Shown piece by piece: positions 53,133 through 64,000 of a stretch of DNA of 64,000 bases. Under the pieces are notes generated by a model. That model saw only the letters and a list, made by a program, of their open reading frames with translations. It searched no databases and was not told where the DNA came from. How positions within the stretch are numbered: position 1 is the first letter of the stretch; each line of letters starts with the position of its first letter. The DNA lies in the NCBI RefSeq assembly GCF_009914755.1, contig NC_060936.1; one strand, given 5' to 3'. The DNA is from the human T2T-CHM13v2.0 reference genome, Homo sapiens. Both the position numbers and the translations under genes were made by a program.

Positions 53133-54381
53133 ATATTTTTCTAATGGGAGTTATGAAAAATAATTCAGTGATTCAATGCATTCCTTTTAATGCAAGTATA
53201 AGAACAGGAAATTTTATTTTGGAGTTTACACATTCCAGTGTTGAGGTTTGGAAGATATAATTGTAATATTCTTCTTTACATGATTCTGTGGACACCTGAG
53301 AGATAGATATAGGGAACAGACAAATGGAGAACTTTAAATCTGCTAGGCAAGGAGTTTCCTAATACCAAATTAGAGTAAATCATGGACAGCACTCAACATT
53401 TTCAAGCCTCTTCTTATTCCTACAGAAGAGAAACTGTCCCACAAAGCTTAATTCATGATCAAGAAGCATCAGGAATACATGCTGCCTTAGGCAGATATAA
53501 AAAAAGAAAAAAAAGAAAAACAAAAAACAGGAGAATGAGTGGAGTGCATGAGTAGCTCCTTCCTAAAGCAGCCAAACTCTGAAATCAAATAACGTAACCT
53601 CATTGTTCACTGGCACTCATACCCCAGCAAGCCGCTGCATTCCTTTTTGGGGTAGGTTGGACTACATAATCCAGAATTATAACAAAATATGATTACTCAT
53701 TTACTTTCCCATCTCTCTGACACCTTCAATCAGCAAAATCCCACGCCGGGTTAAAGTCTAATATCCTCCTCTTCTAGGCCTGCATTTGAGCAGAGAAACA
53801 CGGAGGTAGAAAAATTGCACAGCTATACAGTTTAGATTCATGTCAAATCTGTGCCAAAAACTTTAAGTGAGCATTCAACACTGCCAAACCATCCCATTTT
53901 GAATTAAGACTGCTAATGTCTACTTTCATATGAAGAGTCATGCTCTTTGCTTTAGAATCCTAGCCGCGTTATACCTCTTGACTTGCTTTTCCTTGAGGAA
54001 AAGAAATGACTTCCCTGATTGGCAATTTTGGAATAAGAACTTGGGCCTGAACAGACAAGCAACTGCCACTTGTGAGGCTGATTATTCTCAGGAAACAAGA
54101 TTTCCATCGGTTTCTTCACACTGTTATTTTATATAGGCAAGACTGACACTATGAAGAGAAAAAAACTGAAGTTTATGAAGTGGAGCAGGGATTAAAATTA
54201 TTTTAAGTGTGATTTTCAATCCAGCACATTGGCAAGTAACCTTGTGAAATAGACAAACACACACACACACAAACTAGAATTGGGGAAAGAAAGTAACACT
54301 AGAGATTGAGGTTTTTGGTTGGATCTGACAATATGTTTTTTTGAGGGGGAATCAAAAGACAGCTATAGTACATTCAGATAA

Positions 54382-54700
<319 letters not shown>

Positions 54701-54724
54701 TATTATCACTTCTTTGTTTGCTTC

Positions 54725-57330
54725 TTTTTATTATTAAAGATGTTAGAGTACAAAACTATTGAATTTTGAGTAATGTAATTAATCAATACTCTACTCAAGA
54801 TACAGAGCATGTTCATCATCTCACATCATTCCTTTGTGCCCCTTTATAGTCAATCCCAAATCTCTATAGGCAGCCATTTCCTCTATTATAAGAGTAGATT
54901 AGCTGTACTTAATGAACTTTATGTAAATGGACTTATACAGTATATAGTCTCTTGCATCTAGCTTGTTTCTTTTTGCCAGACAAAAAAAAAAGTTTGGAAT
55001 TTATCTACTGTGTTATGCATATCAATATTTTATTCCTTTTAATGTTAAGAAATACACCATATTTTGAAAACACTACAATTTGTATATACATTTTTCTATT
55101 GGATTGTCCAACTTGGATTATTGTCAGTTTGGGGTTATTACGAAGAAAAATGATGTTAATATTCTTTAACAAGCATTTTTTGTGGGCAGATGTTTTTACT
55201 TCTCCAACAGGTGTTCAAGTTGTTTGCACGTCTTTAATTAGTTTATCTTTTCAATATCGATACATAGTGATTATTTTATATCCATCGGGTAGAAATCTTT
55301 TGTCAAGTATATGTAAGATATATATATTACATATATTATATGTATAGTGTATATAGTGTTGCTCCTCCCTGAATGCTACTTGCCTCCTTATGTATTAATA
55401 TGATTTCTTTCATGAGAAGACTTTATAAATCTTGATCCAGTATAAATTTTTCTTTTCTTCTGTCTCTAGTGATTTATCATTACTTCCAGAGAAATATTTG
55501 CATACCTCAAGTTTTTGGAGGTAGTCTCCTGTGATTTCTTCTAAAATTTGTATAGCTTTAACTTGTGTTTAGGTCTATAAACTATCTGAAAGTAATATTA
55601 GTATGTATCGTGAAGTATAGATTAGGTACAACTTGATCCATTTAGAGAGCCAGTTTGTGCATCATTTGCTAAAAACATTTACTCATCCACCTAATTGCTT
55701 TGGTTGAAAAATAATCGACCATACAAGTATTGATATATTATAAAACTGTCAATTCTGGTCCATTTATTTTTTTGTCTAGTCTTAACTATACTTTTTTTAT
55801 TATCATAGTCTTAAAGTAAGTCTTAAAGTCAGGAAATGTAATTTCGCCAAATTGGTTATTTTACAAGATTATTATCCTTTGAATTTCTATAACAATTTGG
55901 GGGTCAGTTTATTATCACATACAATCATCCAGAGCTTAACAACTGGGATCTATTCTGAGAAATGCATTGTTAGGGTATTTTATTATTGTGTGAACATCAT
56001 AGAGTGTGCTTGCACAAATCTAAATGGCATAGACTACTCCACACTTATTCTATACAGTGTACCTTAATGTTCCTAGGCTAGGAAACCTGTACAGCATGTT
56101 ACTGTACTAAATGGTAACAGTGGTAAGTATTTATGAAATGGAAACTTTTCAGCTCCATTATAATTTTATGGGCCCACCATCATATATGCAGTTTGTCATT
56201 GGCCGAAACTTCCACATGTGACAGATGACTGTACAACAAAGAATGCTGGAATTTGGATTGGGGTTGTACTGAGTTTAAATATCAATTTGGAGATAAGTGA
56301 AATCTTAACAATATTTAGCCTTCCAATTCATGAATATGGTATATCTCTTCATTGATTTAGGTCTTCTTTTATTTCTCTTAGCAATATGTTAGTTTTCAGT
56401 GTAGAGGTCTTGCATGCCATTTGTTATATTTATTTCTAAGTTTTTAAGTCCATCTTGATGTTATTGTAAATGTGTATATTAATTTTATTATGCAATTGTT
56501 TGCAATTAGTATATAAAAATACACTAAGTTTTGCATATTAACTTTGAATATAATATATTTTTAAATTTCTAATTAGTACCAGTACTATTTTTGTAGATTT
56601 ATTAGAAGTTTATTTGAAAACAATTGTATCATCTGTGAATAAACACAGTTATAATTCACTTCTTTCAATCTTTATTCCTACTGGGTTATTTGTATCATCT
56701 CTTCTTTTTTGTAGGTCAATCTGGCAAATTTCTTAACCTTTAAAAAGAAGCAGATTCTGGCTTTTGAAATTTTTATCTACTTTTTGTTTGTTTTTTATTT
56801 CACTGCTCTTCTTTTAGTTATTTAATTCCTTTTCTATTTACTCTGGGATTAATTTGTTCTTCTTTCCCTTGTTTCTTAAGTGGAAAACTTAGGTCATTGC
56901 TTTAATCCTTTCTTTAATACAGAAATTTAAAAGTATAAATTTTTAAGAAAAGTTTTAACTGAATCTGCTAAATCTTAATGTGCTGTTTTTTCATTATTTT
57001 GTGAAAATATTGTCCTACTTTTTGCTCTGTTAAGCTATGGTTTATTTACAAATATATTACTTAATCTTCAAATATATGTGTATTTTCTAGATATTTTGTT
57101 GTTAACTTCTAATGTAATACATTGATAATTTTTTACATCAGAGTTTGTAAGATTTTAATCTTTGAACTAATTAGACTTATGGCCCCACAGATGGTTTATT
57201 GTGGTGAATTTATTATGATCACATGAAATTTACATATTTGACACTTGTTGTGGTAGTGTTGTAAAAATGTGAGATCAAGATGTTTGAAAGAGGTGTTCAA
57301 ATTTTCGAAATCCTCAATGATTTCTTTCTA
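54725..57330 (-). mobile_element. Old L1 (L1ME/L1MB-like) 3' region, interrupted by Tigger3a
   Basis: ttcctttgtgcccctttatagtcaatccc; ccttccaattcatgaatatggtatatctcttcatt, antisense ORF2 motifs. Confidence 0.8.
55922..56231 (-). mobile_element. Tigger3a (MER7A-like) MITE
   Basis: TA flanks at 55920-21 and 56232-33; ctgagaaatgcattgttagg, aaacctgtacagcatgttactgtact, cagctccattataat. Confidence 0.88.
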
Positions 57331-57344
57331 GTGGGCCTTCCTCT

Positions 57345-58296
57345 CATTCACAGACTCACATATTCAAATGCCTTAAATGTCTAAAATTTATCTTAGACTC
57401 AGCATATTCTGCCCAAATATACCTCCCTGGTCCTGCCATCAAGCCTCCATTATTTCAGTAATTTCCATTACCATCCATTCTTCTGCCCCTTGCTCAGGTC
57501 AAAACACTACGAGTAAATATTTTACTTCTCTTTATACTACATACTTCATACAATCCATCCATAGATTCCATTTTGCCTCTAAACATATTAAATCTATTTG
57601 TTGCCATCTCTACTCATAAAACTGCTCTTGCATTATGGTATTTTTCACTAACTGTCCTCCCTGCCCTGACCCTCCCGTCACAGCCTCACATTCCAGAGGA
57701 GATGTGGAAGAGGAGCCAGAATGATCTTGTTAAATTCTCCATTGACTTGCTATTTCAACAGAGTAATATATAACTCCATAGTTTGGTCCACAAGACCCTG
57801 CATGATGTGGCCTCTGCATTTCTCCAACTCATCCCAAATCACTCATCCCTGCCTTCATTCATCTCCAGATACAGTGGCTTTTGCTGTTTCCCTAATATGT
57901 GAGGCTTGAGAGTTTGGAACTTGCTGTTTCTTATACTTGGACCAGGCTTCCCCTAGATTATCTGATTCTCTTATGGCTACCTCCTCCCCTCTAACAAAAT
58001 ATCAACACAAATGTCAGCCACTCAGCGATCTTCTTTGTCTTTCCAAATCCATGTACTCTTCAATGTCACTTCCTCATTATTACACTACTTTAACTAATTC
58101 AGAACCCCATTAGTTACCTGAAACTATTTTAGAATGTATTTGTTTATGTAATCACTACTTCTCCGTACTCCTAAAGCGTGATATTGTAAGGGTAGGATTT
58201 AAGTAAATAATGTTCAGTGCTCCTGCTATGTACCTTCTCTCTAGTACACTACCTGAAACATAATACAGATCCAATGGTTATTTATTGATTAATTGA
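57345..58296 (+). mobile_element. L2 3' region
   Basis: Pyrimidine-rich L2 body (acaagaccctgcatgatgtggcctctgc) ending ttatttattgattaattga. Confidence 0.75.
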
Positions 58297-58469
58297 CTAC
58301 ATCTCTCTGAGTTTAGAAAGGACACCAGAGAATTTGGCTTAATTATCAATGATAAATATTCACTGACTGTCACTAAGTATGTGGCTTTCTCGTGGAAAGT
58401 CTTGAAAGGAGAAATTCCTGTAAGTCATTTAGTTCTTTAATAACTCCCACTTTTTCTGCTTACTCTAAA

Positions 58470-58680
58470 TCTCTCCACTATATTTTAAATCAGTTCCTCC
58501 TGTCTCTGACCAGTATATTAAAAACAGCTGGCTGCCTTTTTTTATATCTTTTCTGTCATTCAAAAGTCTTCATAAGGCCAGTGCTCCTCTTTCTTTTTTC
58601 TAGGCTAAATAATTCTGCCATTTTTAACTCTTCTGGAAGCTCTGAATGCCTACGCCCCAAATCCTTTCTAGGTCTCTCTA
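58470..58680 (-). mobile_element. Possible L3/CR1 fragment
   Basis: tttcttttttctaggctaaataattctgccatttttaactcttc resembles antisense L3. Confidence 0.4.
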
Positions 58681-58684
58681 TTTG

Positions 58685-58885
58685 CAGCCTTGTCCAATAC
58701 AACTTCCTGTAATAATAGAAATGTGCTGTATCTGTGCTGTCCAAAACAGTAACCACTAGCCATATATGGCTAAGTACTTAAAATATGAAGCACCAAGGGA
58801 CCAAGTTTTCAAATTTTATTTAATTATAATTAATTGAAATGTAAATATCCACATGTGGTTAAAGGCTACTGAATTAGCATAGCTC
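58685..58885 (+). mobile_element. MER3 (hAT-Charlie MITE)
   Basis: tgtccaatacaacttcctg...gctgtccaaaacagtaaccactagccatatatggcta...ccacatgtggtta. Confidence 0.88.
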
Positions 58886-61060
58886 TACTAGAAGCTGTGG
58901 AATATTCTGCATACACCTAGACAGAAGCATATTTTGTCTATGACCCATATTAAATATGAAATAGAATATTATTTTTAAAGTTTGTGGGGGAAAAAAACCA
59001 TTCCAAAACAATATTTGAGGAAGAAATGAATTTAGGTTGTCTTAAACTTTTCACTACCAAATTGATGTTAGAGCATTAATTAGTCACAGAGCAATCTTAT
59101 TTATGAAAGATGCTGACGTTAAAAATCCTGATATATCAATGGCAGATTAATTATAACAACATCTGTAATTGTCTTCATATATGGCATGTGTTATCTTTTT
59201 GATGAAAGGAAATATATATATACATATAACTATTTGATTTTCCTAACTTTTCAAGGCAAATGCCTTCAAACTAGATTTTTCTCTGATTTCATTGAACAAT
59301 GCTATCTTTAAACTTCGTAATAATGATGACATCCCTTGATGCTATACATGTTTCCAGATTTCAAGGTGAGGCATGTGTATAAATTAGAGCCAGCTGGTGG
59401 CCTTTAAATTCAGCCTTTTGTTCCTGGACAATGGTTTTATCGTGATATTCAGTGTCTTACTGATGGAAGCAACAGTGTTCATTAAACAAGCAAGCAAAAT
59501 CTGTGCCAAATTTCTGCATCAAACATATTTTCATGTTTCCAAATTCCTATATTCTATTTGACTTCAGATTTGGAGGAATAAAATGAGTGTTCACCTTTTG
59601 TTTTCTATGAAGGAGAACTGCCTTGATATAAGAAATAAATGTCTCCTTTTGCTAGCGTGTTTAATTGAGCTCTGCTTAATAGGCTCTAAAACTCACTTAC
59701 CGTAATTTGGATATTAACTATAAAACCAATGTATTTTATATTAAAATTTGAACACTGCTGCTAGCCAAAAAGCATACCTACATGTTTCTATCATTTCTTC
59801 TAATTTTTCAATATTTCAGGTTTATTTAAGACAAAGATTAAAAGAAAAAACAAAAAAATCAGAGCAGGAAAAGCCTTCCAGATGTGTTCTGCCTTGTATA
59901 TGCCCTAGACAGGAAAGCAGAACATTTAATGGGTGGAATGAAGGGAAAGGTGGAGCATCGTATTTTTAGCATTCCTGGAAAATACCATCCCCAAACCTCC
60001 TGTTTTTCTTTTCTCCTCTTTGGAGAATCTAGTAATTTCTGACTTAATTTGACAAAAGTGTAACTTGAACAAATTAGCAGTGAAGGAGATAAGTCTTCAT
60101 TTGTGTCTTTTCTTCCTAGAGTTCTTAATTTTTTTTTTCCAGCATTGCCTTCTTTTACAGATCCTATTTTTTCTACAAATCTGATAGTTTCACACCTTCC
60201 CTGAAGTTTGACCAGGGTACTTTCTTTGGGAACTACCACAGAGAAAGCTCTTTAAATGTTTCACAATTTCTGAAACACTTTAACAAAGATTTATTCGGCT
60301 GAAATTTTGACTTTCCTGAATAAGTCAAACTAATTCATTTACCTCCAGAAAGTTGCAACTTCAACCAATTTTAGAACCAGAAATCTAAAGATAAATTTCT
60401 TTATTATTTGGCAATTTTTAATCTACAATATTCAGTTTGCATATTATTAACACCAATTTTATCTTTAAATGCAGTGTAATGCTAGATCCTGTGGCATACT
60501 TACATTTTATTGAGCAGAAACAGTTATTAAATATTTTCATCTTAAAAGAATTGAAGGGATATAGACATTAGCTAGTAAAGTCCAGGGAAGTATTTACACG
60601 ATCCCTCAGTTTTATCTGTCTCCCAAATTTTAGGGTGATTTTAAATCTTCGTTAGCCTTGCTAAAGATTTGTTGATTTTATTCATCTTTTTAGAAAGCCA
60701 ACTTTCAGTTTTATTGAAGCTGTATTGTATTTTTCTTTCTATTCATTAAGTTCTGTTCAAAATCTTACAGTGCAATTTCTTCTACTTTCTTAATGTTTAT
60801 AATTTCTTTCTAACTTCTTAAGGTAAAATCTAACTTCCTTACTTTTCAGGCTATTTTTTTTTTATTCTCCTTTCCAATTTTCACATTTTGCAAGCACTAC
60901 TCTTTTTAGTGGTGACATGAGATATTTGAACAGTCACACTTAATATAGTTTAATCTTTTGTTTTAACTTTTACCCACAAAAGAAAAAAAGACACTTAAAT
61001 GTATATAATCTCCTGAACCATCTCCTGGTTTGCATATTGATGGCTTTCAATATTTTATTC

Positions 61061-61555
61061 CTTTTTTTCTCTTTTGTTCTTATTATGCTTTAAGTCCTGT
61101 GATACATGTGCAGAATGTGCAGGTTTGTTACCTAGGTATACATGCGCCATGGTGGTTTGCTGCACACATCCACCCGTCATTTACATTAGGTATTTCTCCT
61201 AATGCTATCCCTCCCTACAGGCTACATAACACCCCCCCGACAGGCCCCAGTGTGTGATGTTTCCCTCCCTGTGTCCATGTGTCCTCATTGTTCAACTCCC
61301 ACTTATGTGTGAGAACATGTAGTGTTTGGTTTTCTGTTCCTGTGTTAGTTTGCTGAGAATGATGGTTTCCAGCTTCATTCATGTTCCTGCAAAGGAAAGG
61401 AACTCATCTTTTTTATGGCTGCATAGTATTCCAGGGTGTGCCACATTTTCTTTATCCCATTAAAAACTGGGTGAAAGATAGGAAGAGACACTTCTCAAAA
61501 GAAGACATTTATGCGGCCAAAAAACATATGAAAAAAAGCTCATCATCACTGGTCA
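61061..61555 (-). mobile_element. 5'-inverted (twin-primed) L1PA7-like insertion: antisense 3' end 61061-61457 plus an inverted ORF2 piece 61456-61555
   Basis: Orientation switches at ttatcc|cattaaaaactgg; perfect 14-bp TSD TCAATATTTTATTC at 61047-60 and 61553-66. Confidence 0.95.
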
Positions 61556-62310
61556 ATATTTTATTCTTATCTTGATGCTTTCCTTATTTATCTCCAACAA
61601 TTAGATATTATTGTTGCTCATGTTGTTATGTAGTCAGTGATATTTTATGTAGTCAGTGTTTGGACTTATCAAAATATTTGCTACTTTCTTTTCTCACTAT
61701 TTCTTCTTGTATCTCAGGCCTTTATTATGGGAACATGTTCTTTATTCCCAAAATATGTAATTTAGAAGTTTCTTTTTCTGTGGTTCTGTTAGTACTAAAC
61801 TCCTAGCTGTTTGTTTCTTTGTTTTGTTTTGAAAACATCATTATTTTGTCTTAATTCCTCTATGAAAAATTCACAGGCAATGCAATTCTAAGTTGTCTTT
61901 TGTTTTCTCTCAGCTCATTGATAGTATTTACCATTTTATTACTTCCCTTGTGATTTAAATACCTGCTGCTAATCTAAGTGTCATTCATTCTGGTCTTTCT
62001 TCGCTGGTGATATTTAAGCTCATTTCTATATATTTCTATACGAGTGGTACTCTGCAACTTGATTAGAATGTGTCTAGAAGTATATATCTTTTGCATTTCT
62101 CATGCTTGTTATTCACTGATTTTCTTGAATTTGAGAATATTTGTCTGTTAAAATGCTGGATTATTCTCAGCCATCCCTTTGAATTTTGCATTTCTTCACT
62201 CCTTATCTTCTCTCTCGTATTAGTATTGCTGTGTTGCAATATAGGTAATTCTTTCAAGTACATCATCCGATGAACTAATTCTTATATCAGCTATATCTAA
62301 TATACTATAG

Positions 62311-62540
62311 TAGATTGAGATCCCAAATCCAAAAATCTAAAATCTGGAGTGCTCCAAAATAAAAACTTTTTGAGCACCAACATGCTGCTCAAAGGAAATA
62401 CTGAAGGATATTGAATTTCAGATTGTCAGATTTGGGATGCTTAACTAGTAACTATAATGAAAACATTCCCAAATCCAAAGAACTCTGAAATCCAAAACGC
62501 TTCTTATCACAAGCATTTCAGATAAGGGTTACTGAAGATG
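62311..62540. mobile_element. Tigger4a (MER46A-like) MITE
   Basis: atcccaaatccaaaaatc...ctttttgagcaccaacatg...caagcatttcagataaggg. Confidence 0.88.
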
Positions 62541-62904
62541 TATTTATACTTTCTTTTCATTATCTTATTTTAATTGTATTTTTTAAATTTTCATACACTA
62601 TAAATATTTCTTTTTCAAGTGTTCATGGTAATTTTTGAAAGCCTCTCATTCACTTTTCATACTGTTTATATTCTCCTGAATTTAATCAAATATTTCAACT
62701 ATATGTATTTTGTATCCTACATATCTTAATCCCAATATCCCAAACGTTGAAAGTCTAATTCCTTGTATTATTTCTGCTGCCTCCTAGTAATGATGAATAT
62801 TTGTCTTCATATGGATTTATTATTTTGAGCTCATTATTTTACATCTTTGCCTGTGAAAATTATGTAAGGTCTGGTTTAGAGAACATTCTTTCAGAGATTT
62901 TTAC

Positions 62905-63360
62905 TCTTGTAGCTCCTAATATCCAAACTCTTGAATGCATTCATTTATATCCACATCAACTCTGTGTTCAAATTCTATTGCTTTTGTCTTCAAAATATTT
63001 CCAAACTTCAAGCACTTCTCACTATCTTCACCATTACCTCCCTGGGTCAAGCTTTCATCACCACTCACCAGGATTATTGCAGTAGCCTTTTAAGTATCTT
63101 CCTATTTCAGCCCTTACTCCACTTCCATCTCTTCTTCATATTACTCTGTCAAAACTTCGTGAGAGCACTCCATTTCTCAAATTCTGCCTTTTTAATGAGG
63201 CCATCTGAGCAACTCAATGCTCAAAACTCTTTTATTACACAGTTTCTTGATCTTACCCTACTATTTTTTTTTTCCTTTATGGCATGTTTCATCATTTAAC
63301 ATATTACATATCTTATTTGTTTTGGTTACTGACTCTTTCCCCTCACTAGAAATGGAGCCA
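62905..63360 (+). mobile_element. L2 fragment
   Basis: caagcacttctcactatcttcaccattacctccctgggtcaagc...ggattattgcagtagcct. Confidence 0.7.
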
Positions 63361-63430
63361 TGGAGAAATTTTGATGTGTGTGTACATGTGTATGTTATAG
63401 ATAAATATTTGGAAGTCTCTCCTGTGCTGC

Positions 63431-63727
63431 TATTTATTTATTTATTTAAGGCAGAGTCTTGCTGTGTCACCCAGGGTGGATTGCAGTGGCATGATATTGA
63501 CTCACTGCAACCTCCGCCTCCCTGGCTTGAGATTCTTGTGCCTCAGCCTCCCAAATACCTGGGATTACAGGCATGCACCACCACGCCCAACTAATTTTTG
63601 TATTTTTACTAGAGACAGGGTTTCACCATGTTAGCCCGGCTGATCTCAAACTCCTGACCTCAAGTGATCCACCCACTTAGGCCCCCCCAAAGTGCTGGGT
63701 TTACAGGCGTGAGTCACCACACAGGCC
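63431..63727 (-). mobile_element. Alu (AluSz/Sx-like) with a (TATT)n tail
   Basis: Antisense Alu with cctgacctcaagtgatcc. Confidence 0.95.
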
Positions 63728-64000
63728 TATTGTGTTATTATTTTAGATCTGTGCTAAAGAAAGTTTTTTCCAGTGATTTGTCTGTGCTTACTGTTGACAA
63801 ATTTCCAAATATATTATTAGTCCAGGAAAACCTTAAATCAAATTTACTTATTGAACTTCTTGGATCACCTTCATTATGTGACTTTGTCCTGAAAATTACA
63901 AGTGGGCTCATTTGTTATCATAAAAACTTGGGGACATTTTTCCCTTTGTTCTATACCAAGGTAACTTTCCCCGTAACCCTCTCCATGTTGGGTTTCTGTA

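Larger units (their letters stand above)
60600..62900 (-). mobile_element. Old L1M fragments (ORF1/ORF2 region) hosting an L1PA and Tigger4a
   Basis: gttagccttgctaaagatttgttgattttattcatcttt and caatgcaattctaagttg, antisense L1M motifs. Confidence 0.6.

Overview
AT-rich, CpG-poor primate genomic DNA, almost certainly human or another catarrhine (AluY and L1PA3-type elements are present). It reads as intronic or intergenic sequence. A large part is recognisable interspersed repeat: 10 Alus, 4 L1PA insertions, older L1M/L2/L3/MIR fragments, MaLR and ERVL solo LTRs (MSTB, THE1, MLT1, MLT2) and DNA transposon relics (Tigger1, Tigger3a/b, Tigger4a, Charlie4a, MER3). I recognise no protein-coding exon, RNA gene, CpG island or CRISPR-like array. 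The only ORFs with a recognisable product are broken L1 ORF2 pieces. I found no convincing new biological system. The best leads are: (i) unusual L1 insertion junctions, including a 5' flank that is reverse-complementary to the L1 truncation point, a twin-primed inversion and a ~30-nt micro-L1; (ii) a 168-bp tandem duplication of unique DNA; (iii) candidate small exons on both strands, some joinable into a speculative 47- or 92-aa ORF; (iv) several repeat-free, motif-rich blocks that may be enhancers or promoters. Subfamily calls come from remembered consensus sequences, and boundaries of old repeats are approximate.
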